DNA of 64,000 nucleotides, taken from assembly GCF_035511395.1 (NCBI RefSeq), contig NZ_DATKFP010000441.1, positions 34,213 to 98,212 on the forward strand. Direction: 5' to 3'. Below, piece after piece: positions 38,315-49,481 of this stretch (the stretch's first letter is position 1; each line of letters starts with the position of its first letter). Under the pieces are notes generated by a model. It ran no database searches. It was not told the origin of the DNA and was given only the letters and a program-made list of their open reading frames with translations. Origin of the DNA: Sphingobium sp. (GTDB lineage Bacteria; Pseudomonadota; Alphaproteobacteria; Sphingomonadales; Sphingomonadaceae). The translations under genes were made by a program, and so were the position numbers.

Positions 38315-38881
38315 ATGTACCATCCCGACCTCATACGGCATCCGGAAAATTGTCCGGCACTTGTGTTGAACGCGGATTACACGCCGCTCAGCTATTATCC
38401 CCTGAGCCTCTGGCCCTGGCAAACTGCCATCAAGGCGGTTTTTTTGGATCGGGTGGACATCATCTCCTCCTATGAGCGAGAGGTGCATAGCCCCAGCCTT
38501 CAGATGAAGATCCCCTCGGTGATCGCGCTGAAGCAATATGTGAAGCCGTCCGAACATCCTGCCTTCACCCGTTTCAACCTGTTTCTGCGCGACAAGTTCG
38601 CCTGCCAATATTGCGGCAAGACCAGCGACCTGACCTTCGACCATGTCGTCCCGCGCCGCGCCGGTGGCCGCACGACCTGGGAAAATGTCGCGACCGCCTG
38701 CTCGCCCTGCAATCTGAAAAAGGGCGGACGCACCCCGAAGGAAGCGGGGATGAAGCTGCATATTCAGCCGATCCGGCCGACCAGCTGGCAGTTGCAGGAA
38801 CATGGTCGAGCCTTCCCCCCCGGCTATCTGCACGAAAGCTGGCACGACTGGCTCTACTGGGATGTCGAGCTGCTGGCGTGA
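38315..38881 (+). CDS. HNH endonuclease family protein
   Basis: LVLNADY, RDKFACQYCG, TFDHVVPR..GG.TTWENVATACSPCNLKKG. Confidence 0.92.
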   Translation: MYHPDLIRHPENCPALVLNADYTPLSYYPLSLWPWQTAIKAVFLDRVDIISSYEREVHSPSLQMKIPSVIALKQYVKPSEHPAFTRFNLFLRDKFACQYCGKTSDLTFDHVVPRRAGGRTTWENVATACSPCNLKKGGRTPKEAGMKLHIQPIRPTSWQLQEHGRAFPPGYLHESWHDWLYWDVELLA

Positions 38882-39147
38882 TGCGCCGGCTGGCGCTCGC
38901 CGGCCTGCTTCTCCTGCTGCCCGGCCCGGTCCGCGCGCAGGAGGATCATAGCGCGCTCACCCGCGCCAAATATGTCCGCAACTGCCTGATGTGCCACAAT
39001 CGCGCCGCGCCGGAAGGCGTTTCGCCCGCGATCCTGGCCGGCCTCTATCCCGAACGCGGCCTGCAACCCGCGTTGGCCATGCCCGGCGTCACCTGCTGGC
39101 GCCGGTGCACGACATGCTTCGCCCCGGAGCGCAAAAACGCCAGATGA
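38881..39147 (+). CDS. Small exported protein with CxxCH heme-c motif (88 aa)
   Basis: TGATG overlap with the HNH stop; signal MRRLALAGLLLLLPGPVRA; CLMCH; C-terminal CWRRCTTC. Confidence 0.6.
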   Translation: MRRLALAGLLLLLPGPVRAQEDHSALTRAKYVRNCLMCHNRAAPEGVSPAILAGLYPERGLQPALAMPGVTCWRRCTTCFAPERKNAR

Positions 39148-39150
39148 GGG

Positions 39151-39891
39151 TCAGCCGATCGGCAGCCAATCCAGATCCATGTCCTTGTGCCGATTGGTAT
39201 AATGGCCGATATCCTCCAACCGTTCCATGTCGAGCAGGGTGATCCGCCCATTGGACCGGCTGATCAGTGCTTCCTGCTCCATCTGTCGGATCATCCGGTT
39301 CACATGGACGGAGGTGAGGCCGATGGAATCGCCGATCTCCTCCTGCGTCAGCTTCAGCTCGAAACTGTCAGTAATGCTGTCGTCGGTGACGCGAAGTCGG
39401 TCGAACATGTCGAGCAGGAAGGAGGCGACGCGCGCCTTCGCCGAGGTGCGGCCCAAGGCAGCGAGCCGGTCGGTCATCGACACCCGCTCGGCGTTGGACA
39501 GCAGGAACAGCAGGGCGGCGACGCGCGGATATTCGTCCAGCAGGCGGCGCAGCGCCTGTTTGTCGAACGGACAGACGATCGCGTCCGAAAGCGCGATCAG
39601 CGATTCGGGCGCCTTGCTATAGATGGTGCTGGCTGATCCGATGAAGTCGCCGGGAAAGTAGACGCGCAATATCTGGCGGCTGCCATCGGGCAGGATGACG
39701 AAACTCATCACGCGTCCTTCGCGCAGGACGAACAATTCCGTCACTGTCTCGTTGACGCGTTGGATCATCGACCCGCGCTTTACCTTGCGCGGATTTTCCT
39801 CAAGCCGGGCCAGTGCGCTCTTTTCCGCTTCCGACAGGGGCACCTGCTTGGCCAGTCTTTCCGCGAAACAGCTCGTTGCCACCAAAAACAC
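39151..39891 (-). CDS. Crp/Fnr-family transcriptional regulator
   Basis: DGSRQI...PGDFIG, LGRTSAKARVA, LTQEEIGDSIGLTSVHVNR HTH; start 39891 or 39882. Confidence 0.92.
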   Translation of the reverse strand: MFLVATSCFAERLAKQVPLSEAEKSALARLEENPRKVKRGSMIQRVNETVTELFVLREGRVMSFVILPDGSRQILRVYFPGDFIGSASTIYSKAPESLIALSDAIVCPFDKQALRRLLDEYPRVAALLFLLSNAERVSMTDRLAALGRTSAKARVASFLLDMFDRLRVTDDSITDSFELKLTQEEIGDSIGLTSVHVNRMIRQMEQEALISRSNGRITLLDMERLEDIGHYTNRHKDMDLDWLPIG

Positions 39892-40085
39892 CTTTTTCCA
39901 GAATTTCTCGTTACGATGGCAGAACGCCCCATCTGCCTTTTGGCTGCATTTTCAGGATATGCACTAAACTCGATCAATCTCCTGTGACCCATTGCAATAA
40001 TGTTTCGTTGGTCCGTTGCAGGAGTGCGGTCCCGTCCGCTCAGCCGCCTTGCGCGGCGCGCGTTTGCCGCTATTAACCCTGAGCG

Positions 40086-41361
<1,276 letters not shown>

Positions 41362-41369
<8 letters not shown>

Positions 41370-42888
41370 CGGACGGGGGCTGGCGACGGATCGGGCGGCG
41401 CTGCTTGCGCTCTATGATCTGGACGCCGGGGGCTTCCGCACACTCGACGACATCACCGCCTTCGCTGCCGAACTGTGCGGCGCGCCGATCGCGCTGGTCA
41501 GCATCGTGGAGGATGTGCGCCAGCGCTTTCTCGCCCGCATTGGCATTGACGCGGAGGAAACGCCCCGCGACGTCTCCTTCTGTGCTCTTGCCATGCTGGG
41601 CGAACATATCTTCGTCGTGCCGGACGCGACGCGCGATCCCCGCTTCATCGACAATGGGCTGGTCACAGGGCCGCCGCATATCCGCTTCTACGCCGGCGCG
41701 CCGCTTGTCGATGCCGATGGCGCGCCGCTGGGTGCGCTCTGCGTCATCGATACGGTTTCGCGCGACGACCTGACGGCGCTGCAACGACAGGGCCTGACCC
41801 TGCTGGCACGACAGGTGATGGTGGAACTGGAAGGACGCCGCCGCGACCGCGACACGATCATCCAGCAGCGGCTGGATGCTACCGCCGTGGCGGACAGCGA
41901 CCGCATGTTTCGCACGCTGGCAGACACCATGCCGCAGATGGTGTGGTCGACGCTGCCCGACGGCTATCATGATTATTACAACGCCCGCTGGTACGAATAT
42001 ACCGGCGTGCCGGTCGGATCGACCGATGGTGAGGGGTGGAACGGCATGTTCCATGTCGATGATCAGCCCATCGCATGGGAACGCTGGCGCCACAGCCTGG
42101 CGACGGGCGACCCCTATGAGATCGAATATCGGTTGCGTCACCATAGCGGCGACTATCGCTGGACGCTGGGGCGTGCCCTGCCGATCTATGACGCTGACGG
42201 CAATGTCGCGCGCTGGATCGGCACCTGCACCGACATTCACGAACAGCGGCTGATGATGGAAGAGCGCGAGATGATCGCGCATGAACTGTCGCACCGGATC
42301 AAGAATATCTTCTCCGTGATCGCCGGCCTCATCGGCCTGTCGGCGCGTCAGCATCCGGCGATCGGCGACGTGGCGGAGGATCTGCGCGACCGCATCCTGG
42401 CGCTCGGCCGCGCCCATGACTTCGTTCGTCCGCACAGCGCTGAATCGGCGCCGCAGATTGGGCAGGGGCAGGGCCATTTCTGGGGCATATTGGACCAGAT
42501 TTTCGCGCCTTATCGCACCGGGCAGGCGACCCGCATCCTGCTGTCCGGGGATGATCCCCGCATCGACGACCGTTCGGCCACGCCGCTCGCGCTCCTGTTC
42601 CACGAACTGGCGACCAACGCCGCAAAATATGGCGCCTTGTCCGTCGCGGACGGCAGGGTGCATCTGCATGTGTCGGTAGAGGGTGAGGATGTCCGTATCG
42701 ACTGGCGCGAAGAAGGCGGTCCTGTCGTGACGCCCGCCGGTGCGGAAGGCTTCGGCAGCCGGCTGATGACGCTCAGCGTCGAACGACAATTGGGCGGGCG
42801 GCTGGCGCGGACCTGGCGTCCGGCCGGACTGGAGATCAGCCTCTGGATTCCATCACGTTCCATGAGCCGTGCTGACGGAAGGGCGTGA
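41362..42888 (+). CDS. GAF-PAS HWE-type histidine kinase
   Basis: GAF (SFC...RFYAGAPL), PAS (MPQMVW...WIGTCTDI), [29 protein letters not shown]. Confidence 0.92.
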
Positions 42889-43270
42889 AGCCCGCAATCT
42901 CCGTTTCTTCCAGATCCGGCTCGTCCTCGGCTGCCAGTTGCAGCGCGGCAGAGATGCTCTGCGCGCGGAAGGGCTTGGTGATGACGCCCAATGCCGCTAC
43001 CGATGCCTCGCCGATCTGCGAAGGGTTGGCGGTGACGTAGATGACCCGGATACCATAGCGGCGAGCCAGTTCGATGCCGATCTGAGGGCCGGTCGGCCCA
43101 TCGCGCAGGTTGAGATCGACCAGCGCGATGTCACAGGAATCCGCCGATTCCAGCGCAGCACACCGGTCAGCGGCGATCGCGCCGACAGTGAAGCCGGCAT
43201 CCTCGACAATCTGCTCGATTTCCAGCGCGACGAAAATTTCGTCTTCTACGATCAGTACCTTCTTATCCAT
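42836..43270 (-). CDS. Single-domain response regulator
   Basis: VLIVEDE, DLNLRDG, VTAN, KPF; no output domain. Confidence 0.9.
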   Translation of the reverse strand: MDKKVLIVEDEIFVALEIEQIVEDAGFTVGAIAADRCAALESADSCDIALVDLNLRDGPTGPQIGIELARRYGIRVIYVTANPSQIGEASVAALGVITKPFRAQSISAALQLAAEDEPDLEETEIAGFTPFRQHGSWNVMESRG

Positions 43271-43283
43271 GCTCTCAGCCTGT

Positions 43284-43309
43284 GGAACTTGGAGAAAGTA
43301 AAATCCGTT
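43284..43309 (+). promoter_or_regulatory. EcfG/SigT-type promoter motif
   Basis: GGAAC-N17-CGTT exact match, but oriented away from the adjacent response regulator. Confidence 0.35.
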
Positions 43310-43368
43310 TCGACCTTCAGGTTCCCGCGACGGCGAAAAAAATGACAGACCCTGTCATGTCGGTCGGG

Positions 43369-43587
43369 TCAGTCCGGGACGTTGGTCCATAACGTCTCGA
43401 AACTGGTTCCCTTCATCAACAGGACCGAGGCGGGATAGCCCGCGCCGGCCGCCTTCTGCGCGCCGCTTGTGGCGGTCGCCACCGCATCGGCCTGGGTCGG
43501 GAAGGGGCCGTAATATTTATTGTCCAGATTGATCTTCCATGCGCCCTCATGATCGAGGACGATGTAACGGGCGTGGGGGAGTGCCAT
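43369..43587 (-). CDS. DUF2188-like small protein
   Basis: YIV...GAWKI...FPTQADAV pattern; 72 aa directly after the glycosylase. Confidence 0.7.
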   Translation of the reverse strand: MALPHARYIVLDHEGAWKINLDNKYYGPFPTQADAVATATSGAQKAAGAGYPASVLLMKGTSFETLWTNVPD

Positions 43588-43589
43588 TG

Positions 43590-44207
43590 TCAGAGAACCT
43601 CGGTGTTATAATGGTGCCAGGCCATGATCGCGGCGGCGCCGCGATGCGGGCGCCAGGCTTCGGCGACCTCGCGGGTCAGTTTTTCGCTCGGCCGTTCGGG
43701 CAGGCCCAGGATGCGACCGATCTCGATCTGCACAGCCAGGTCGCCGGCGGGCCAGATATCGGGGCGGCCCTCGGCGAAAAGCAGGTAGATTTCCGCCGAC
43801 CAGCGACCGATCCCCTTGATCTGCACCAGTTGCGCGATCGCGTCCTCGTCATCCTCCGGCAGCGCGCGCAGGTCGAGGGCGCCCGACAGGATCAGTTCGG
43901 CCAGGCTGCGGGCATAGCCCTGCTTCTGCCGCGACAGTCCGCAAGCCCGTAATGTGTCGAAATCGCGCGCCAGCAGCGCATCGGGCGTGCAGCCCATGCC
44001 CAGTTCGGCCTCCAGCTTGCGCCACACCGCCGCGGCTGCGGCGACGCTCACCTGCTGGCCGACGATGGTGCGCAGCAACGTCTCGTATCCCGGCTCCCGC
44101 ACGCGCGGTTGCGGATAGCCGACGCGACCGATCGCCGCCACGAAACCCGGCTCCAGAATCGCGATCGCATCGAGGCTTTCGCGCAATTGTTCGGCAGTCA
44201 TCACCAT
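43590..44207 (-). CDS. DNA-3-methyladenine glycosylase (AlkA/HhH-GPD family)
   Basis: IVGQQVS, IKGIGRWSAE, WPAGDL, WRPHRG. Confidence 0.92.
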   Translation of the reverse strand: MVMTAEQLRESLDAIAILEPGFVAAIGRVGYPQPRVREPGYETLLRTIVGQQVSVAAAAAVWRKLEAELGMGCTPDALLARDFDTLRACGLSRQKQGYARSLAELILSGALDLRALPEDDEDAIAQLVQIKGIGRWSAEIYLLFAEGRPDIWPAGDLAVQIEIGRILGLPERPSEKLTREVAEAWRPHRGAAAIMAWHHYNTEVL

Positions 44208-44283
44208 GGGATCGCGCAGCAGCCCTTGATTTCGCCGCTCCTCTTCGTCAGAGCGGCGGAGAAAATTCTAGGGGATTGGATAG

Positions 44284-44601
44284 ATGCCGAAACTGATCGT
44301 GGTCAACCGTTCGGGCGAGGAACAGGCTGTCGATGGCGACAATGGCCTGTCGGTGATGGAAGTCATTCGCGACAACGGCTTTGACGAACTGCTCGCCCTG
44401 TGCGGCGGCTGCTGCTCCTGCGCGACCTGCCATGTCTATGTCGATCCCGTCTTCGCCGACTCGCTGCCCGCGATGAGCGAGGACGAGAATGACCTGCTCG
44501 ACAGTTCGGACCATCGCAACGACACCAGCCGCCTGTCCTGTCAGGTCGTGATGAGCGACGCGCTCGACGGCCTGCGCGTCACGATCGCACCGGAAGACTG
44601 A
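44284..44601 (+). CDS. 2Fe-2S ferredoxin (adrenodoxin/putidaredoxin type)
   Basis: [18 protein letters not shown]. Confidence 0.93.
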   Translation: MPKLIVVNRSGEEQAVDGDNGLSVMEVIRDNGFDELLALCGGCCSCATCHVYVDPVFADSLPAMSEDENDLLDSSDHRNDTSRLSCQVVMSDALDGLRVTIAPED

Positions 44602-44617
44602 GCGGCTGGTTCTGCAT

Positions 44618-44715
44618 CCGTTCGCTTCGGGCGAAGCCTGTCCTGAGCCTGTCGAAGGGTCGAGAAGCGGCCAGCGCTGTGCTTGACGTTTCTCGACCAC
44701 ACTCGAAACGAACGG
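44618..44715. repeat. Family A repeat with nested module
   Basis: ccgttcgcttcgggcgaag-cctgtcctgagcctgtcgaaggg-tcgagaagc...gtttctcgaccacactcgaaacgaacgg. Confidence 0.78.
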
Positions 44716-44782
44716 CTCCAGAGCATTCTGAAGTCGGCTGAAACAGCCGACGGCTCGCAGAATGCGGTAATCAAAAGACAAA

Positions 44783-44822
44783 TAGAGAGGTGAACGATTC
44801 AATCTAATCGTTCACCTCTCTA
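44783..44822. repeat. Perfect 17-bp-stem palindrome with TAGAG...CTCTA ends
   Basis: tagagaggtgaacgatt-caatct-aatcgttcacctctcta between convergent genes. Confidence 0.8.
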
Positions 44823-44826
44823 CTGG

Positions 44827-45582
44827 CTAATTCCTGACCCGCAACGTCGCCATGGGCGCGTCGCTGGTCAGCGGCGTGACCGTCCAGACGATCCGCTTGC
44901 CTTCGGGCACGGTCTGCGCGCCCTCTTCCTGATTCTGGCTGACGATCTCCGCATCGGTGGTGAGCGTGAAGGTGCCGTTCAGCGCCTTGGTCGCGTCGTC
45001 TCCGCTGCTGCCCATGCCGGCCGGTCCCTGGCTCTTGTCGAAACCGTTGGCAAAGCCCGGCGCCTTCACCCGCACCCGATCGTCCCCGCGCATCTCCACC
45101 GCGACGAAGGGCAGCACGATCTGCGCGTCGATGTTGAAGGGGAAGAGGAAGGCGTGGGTCAGCGTGCCGTTGATCGCATAATCGATCTCGAACTTGTGGT
45201 TGCCGACATAGCGGGCCGACCGGAAGCCCTTTTCCTTCGACAGGGCGGTGGCGATCGCCTGCATCTGCGCCTCGTCGCTTTTGCCCGTTCCCTCTTTCGC
45301 CGCGTCGCTGAAATCCTCTTCCTTCTGCTGTTGCGCGATCTGCATCAGCGTCGGCGTATTTTCCGCCTCGTCCTCCTGCGCATCGCCGTCGGTCGAGGTC
45401 GAACCGCCCATGATGGCATCCTTGCCCATGTCCGACGCCAGGATCTCGCCCTTGTAGGCGAAGGCGAAGCTGCGGTCGGCGCGGATGTCGAGGGTGGATT
45501 CGAACTTGCCCGGCGTGACCAGGCAGGCCGACAGGGAGAGCAGGCCGGCGAGCGCGCCCGCGATCCGATATAGACGGCTCAT
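44827..45582 (-). CDS. Hypothetical lipoprotein
   Basis: LSLSAC lipobox, then LVTPGKFESTLDI; strong codon bias. Confidence 0.8.
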   Translation of the reverse strand: MSRLYRIAGALAGLLSLSACLVTPGKFESTLDIRADRSFAFAYKGEILASDMGKDAIMGGSTSTDGDAQEDEAENTPTLMQIAQQQKEEDFSDAAKEGTGKSDEAQMQAIATALSKEKGFRSARYVGNHKFEIDYAINGTLTHAFLFPFNIDAQIVLPFVAVEMRGDDRVRVKAPGFANGFDKSQGPAGMGSSGDDATKALNGTFTLTTDAEIVSQNQEEGAQTVPEGKRIVWTVTPLTSDAPMATLRVRN

Positions 45583-45603
45583 CGATGCTCCCCCTTGTTT
45601 TGT

Positions 45604-46344
45604 TTAGCGATTCGTCGCCGCGTAGAGCGCGATGGCGGCCGCATTGGACACGTTCAGGCTTTCCATGCGCGGGCTGATCGGCAGCTTGGCGATGATGTCG
45701 CAATGGGCGATCGTATTGTGGCGCAGCCCTTCGCCCTCGGCGCCCAGCACCAGCGCGACGCGCGATTCGCCGATCGCCTGGCCGATGGTCGTGTCTGCGT
45801 CGCCATCCAGCCCGATGCGCCAGTAACCGGCCTCGGCGATTTCTTCCAAGGCACGGGCCAGATTGACCACGCGCACCCATGGCACGTTTTCCAGCGCCCC
45901 GGACGCCGCGCGCGCCAGCACCCCCGATTCAGGCGGCGCATGCCGGTCCTGCGTCACGATGCACAGCGCATCGAACGCGGCGGCCGACCGCAGGATCGCG
46001 CCCACATTATGCGGGTCCGTCACCTGGTCCAGCACCAGGATCGGGCGCCTGTCGTCCTGCCCTTCCTCCAGCACCTCACCCAGCCAGACATCGTCCAGCG
46101 GCTCGACTTCGGCGACGATGCCCTGATGCGGGGCGTCTGACGGGACCATGCGGCCCATGTCGGCAACGTCGGAATAGACGATCGGCAGCACAGGCGGCAG
46201 GTCGAGCTGGCCCAGCGCTTCGCGCGTGCCCCAGATCTTGCGCACGATGCGGTTCGGGTTGGCGAGCGCCGCGATGACGGCATGGCGCCCGTAGAAGCGC
46301 GGGAAGGCGCTCTTGGGCTTGGTGGAGCGATTAGGCTTTTTCAT
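45604..46344 (-). CDS. rlmB: 23S rRNA 2'-O-methyltransferase (TrmH/SpoU family, RlmB-like)
   Basis: YGRHAV, HQGIVA, DPHNVGAILRSA, GAEGEG, ESLNVSNAA. Confidence 0.9.
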   Translation of the reverse strand: MKKPNRSTKPKSAFPRFYGRHAVIAALANPNRIVRKIWGTREALGQLDLPPVLPIVYSDVADMGRMVPSDAPHQGIVAEVEPLDDVWLGEVLEEGQDDRRPILVLDQVTDPHNVGAILRSAAAFDALCIVTQDRHAPPESGVLARAASGALENVPWVRVVNLARALEEIAEAGYWRIGLDGDADTTIGQAIGESRVALVLGAEGEGLRHNTIAHCDIIAKLPISPRMESLNVSNAAAIALYAATNR

Positions 46345-46449
46345 GATTTCGCTCTTTTCACATCAGGCCATTGACAGGCAAGTCTCCATTCGCCATTAGG
46401 CCGCCTCCAGCGCGGCGGGGAACGCAAATTCTCCACCGGGTAGGGCACT

Positions 46450-46536
46450 GGACAGGTGGCCGAGTGGTTAAAGGCAGCAGACTGTAAATCTGCCCGGGTT
46501 TCCCGTACGCTGGTTCGAATCCAGCCCTGTCCACCA
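46450..46536 (+). tRNA. tRNA-Tyr(GTA)
   Basis: ggacagg/cctgtcc acceptor, gcaga-ctGTAaa-tctgc anticodon arm, long variable arm, gttcgaatcc, CCA end. Confidence 0.97.
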
Positions 46537-46591
46537 CTGCATCAGGCCATGATGCAGACGGTCCGCCAAGGACCGGAATGAAGGCCAGTGT

Positions 46592-46667
<76 letters not shown>

Positions 46668-46756
46668 AGCCTTTCCCCGACATGCCGCCTCTTTCGGGTT
46701 TCCGGCCGGCCTGTCTTCCCTTTCGAGCCCGTTGAGAGACGAAAGGGAGACCGCGC

Positions 46757-47077
46757 ATGGCGTGGCTGATCCTCGGCATTGCCGTTTTTACCGAAATCTG
46801 CTGGGCCTTGAGCCTCAAATGGGCCGCGACGCTCGGCAACTGGCAGGCATCCGCCGTGCCGATCGCCTTGAGCTTCCTCAACATGGGCCTGCTGGCGCTC
46901 GCGATGCGCGATCTGCCCGCCGGAACCGCCTATGCGATCTGGACCGGCCTTGGCGCGGTGGGGGTCATCATCGCCGGCATCTTCCTGTTCGGGGACAAGG
47001 TGAACCCGGTGCAGGCCGGCTTCATGGCGATGATCGTGATCGGCGTCGCGGGTACCAAGCTCTTCGCGCAGGCCTGA
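46757..47077 (+). CDS. SMR-family transporter (SugE/Gdx-like)
   Basis: MAWLIL.IA...EICWALSLK (conserved TM1 Glu), LPAGTAYAIWTGLGAVG. Confidence 0.9.
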   Translation: MAWLILGIAVFTEICWALSLKWAATLGNWQASAVPIALSFLNMGLLALAMRDLPAGTAYAIWTGLGAVGVIIAGIFLFGDKVNPVQAGFMAMIVIGVAGTKLFAQA

Positions 47078-47207
47078 CCTCTCGGCCTGATCATCGCGGG
47101 GCAGGGGCAAGGCACCGCAGCCGCCTTGCCGCATCGGAGCGAAATCGCCAGCGGGATGTTAACCGGACAAGTTCCGTTCATTCTTCGCAGGCTATTTCCT
47201 TCCCCGC

Positions 47208-49481
47208 ATGATAATCGACCGTCGCGACCTCATGATCCGCACGCTGGGCGGCGCTTTCGCCCTTGGCGTCTCGCCCCGTGCCCTGGCCCAAACCGATGTC
47301 GAGCGCGTCGACGCCCTGATCGCGAAGATGACGGTCGAGGAAAAGGCCGGGCAGATGACCTGCCTCGCCGACAGCTTCCGCCCCTTCAACCCGCCCAACC
47401 CGCAGGTCGGCATCCAGGACGCGAAACGCCTGACCGACGAAGTGCGCCGGGGCCGGGTCGGTTGCCTCTTCAACGGCATCGGCGTCGCGGGCGCCCGCCG
47501 CGCGCAGGAGATCGCGGTCAAGGACAGCCGCCTCGGCATCCCGCTGCTCTTCGCCGGAGACGTGATCCACGGCCTCAAGACCATCTTCCCGGTACCCTTG
47601 GGCGAAGCGTCCAGCTTCGACCCTTCCTTGTGCGAACGCACCGCCCGCGCGATGGCCGTGGAGGCCACCGCCGCCGGCCTGCACCTGACCTTCGCCCCCA
47701 TGGTCGACGTCGCCCGCGACCAGCGCTGGGGCCGGGTGGTCGAAGGGGCGGGGGAGGACGTGACCCTTACCGGCCTGCTCTCCGCCGCCCGCATCCGCGG
47801 CTTCCAGGGCCGCGACCTGCGCCGGGACGACAGCCTGCTCGCCTGCCCCAAGCATTTCGCCGCCTATGGCGCGGTCGCCGCGGGCCTGGAATATGGCAAT
47901 GTCGACATCAGCGAGGAAACGCTGCGCGAAACCCATCTCCCGCCCTTCGGCAAGGCGTTCGCGGCGGGGGCCCTTACCACCATGGCCGCCTTTAACGAGA
48001 TCAACGGCGTCCCCGCTACCGCCGACAGTGAACTGCTCACCGACATATTGCGCGGCGAGATGCAGTTCCGCGGCTTCGTCTTTTCCGATTATACCGCCGA
48101 CGAGGAACTGGTCGCCCACGGCTTTGCCGAGGATGCGCGCGACGCCGCACGCCTCGCCGTGCTGGCCGGGGTCGACATGTCGATGCAGAGCGGCCTCTAT
48201 ATCCGTTACCTGCCCGACCTGGTGAAGAGCGGCGCGGTCCCCATGGGCACGATCGACGTCGCCGTGCGCCGCATCCTCTATGTGAAGGCCGCCATCGGCC
48301 TGTTCGACAACCCCTGGCGCTCATTGAACGAGGAAGCGGAAAAGACCCGCATCTTCACATCCTCCCACCGTGCGCTCGCCCGCGAAGCCGCCGCGCGATC
48401 GGTGGTGCTGCTCAAGAATGAAGGCGTCCTGCCGATCGACCCGGCCAAGGGCCAGAGCATCGCCCTCATCGGACCCTTTGCGGAGGATGTCCGCAACCTC
48501 TACGGCCCCTGGGCCTTTTACGGCGACCCCGACAAGGGCGTCGACATCGCCACCGGCCTGCGCGCCGCGCTCCCCGACGCCTCGAAGCTGACCGTTACAC
48601 GCGGCAGCGACATCAGCGGACCCATCGACGGCGGCATCGCCGCGGCGGTCGAAGCCGCCAAGGCCGCCGACATCACCCTGCTCGCCATCGGCGAATCGCA
48701 GGCCATGTCGGGCGAGGCCCAGTCCCGCACCGTCATCGAAATCCCGCAGGCGCAGCAGGCGCTGGCCGACGCCGTGGTCGCCACCGGCAAGCCCGTTGCC
48801 GTCCTGCTCCGCCACGGCCGCGCGCTTGCCCTGCATGACGGCGTCGCCAATGCCGGCGCGATCCTCGCCACCTGGTTCCTGGGGAGCGAGGCCGGCCACG
48901 CCATCGCCGACATCCTGCTGGGGAAGGTCGACCCGTCCGCCAAGCTGCCCGTCAGCTTCCCCTGGGAAAGCGGGCAGGAGCCTTTCTACTATGACCGCAA
49001 GTCGACCGGCCGCCCGGTGCTGGGCAGCGGCAGCACCGAATATAAGGCGCGCTACGCCACCACCGACAACAGCGCCCGTTTCCCCTTCGGCCATGGCCTC
49101 AGCTACACCGAGTTCGCGATCGACCAGCTGAAACTGTCCGACACCGCGTTGCGTTGGGACGCCGCGATCGAAGTCACCGCGCGCATCACCAACAAGGGGT
49201 CGCGCAAGGGCAGCGAGGTCGTCCAACTCTACACACGGGACAGGGTCGCCAGCCGCACCCGTCCGATCCGCGAACTCAAGCGCATGGAGCGCGTCACCCT
49301 GTCGCCGGGCGAAAGCAAGACCGTCCGCTTCTCCATCTCCCGCACCGATCTGGAGTTCGTCGGCGCCCGCAACCAGCGTCTCGCCGAACCCGGCGTCTTT
49401 GACCTGTGGGTCGGCCAGTCGAGCGTGGGCGGTCTGAACGCGCAATTCACACTTTATGCAGCGGCGAAGGAGTCGGGTTGA
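47208..49481 (+). CDS. GH3 beta-glucosidase (BglX-like) with Tat signal
   Basis: DRRDLM Tat motif; EEKAGQM, DVIHG, RDQRWGRVVEGAGED, KHFAAYG, FSDY, FPFGHGLSYT, Fn3 domain. Confidence 0.93.
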   Translation: MIIDRRDLMIRTLGGAFALGVSPRALAQTDVERVDALIAKMTVEEKAGQMTCLADSFRPFNPPNPQVGIQDAKRLTDEVRRGRVGCLFNGIGVAGARRAQEIAVKDSRLGIPLLFAGDVIHGLKTIFPVPLGEASSFDPSLCERTARAMAVEATAAGLHLTFAPMVDVARDQRWGRVVEGAGEDVTLTGLLSAARIRGFQGRDLRRDDSLLACPKHFAAYGAVAAGLEYGNVDISEETLRETHLPPFGKAFAAGALTTMAAFNEINGVPATADSELLTDILRGEMQFRGFVFSDYTADEELVAHGFAEDARDAARLAVLAGVDMSMQSGLYIRYLPDLVKSGAVPMGTIDVAVRRILYVKAAIGLFDNPWRSLNEEAEKTRIFTSSHRALAREAAARSVVLLKNEGVLPIDPAKGQSIALIGPFAEDVRNLYGPWAFYGDPDKGVDIATGLRAALPDASKLTVTRGSDISGPIDGGIAAAVEAAKAADITLLAIGESQAMSGEAQSRTVIEIPQAQQALADAVVATGKPVAVLLRHGRALALHDGVANAGAILATWFLGSEAGHAIADILLGKVDPSAKLPVSFPWESGQEPFYYDRKSTGRPVLGSGSTEYKARYATTDNSARFPFGHGLSYTEFAIDQLKLSDTALRWDAAIEVTARITNKGSRKGSEVVQLYTRDRVASRTRPIRELKRMERVTLSPGESKTVRFSISRTDLEFVGARNQRLAEPGVFDLWVGQSSVGGLNAQFTLYAAAKESG

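Noticed and set aside
38315-38881. HNH gene as a mobile or defence nuclease
   Set aside because: It looks like the common standalone alphaproteobacterial HNH family; no methylase, intron or mobility context.
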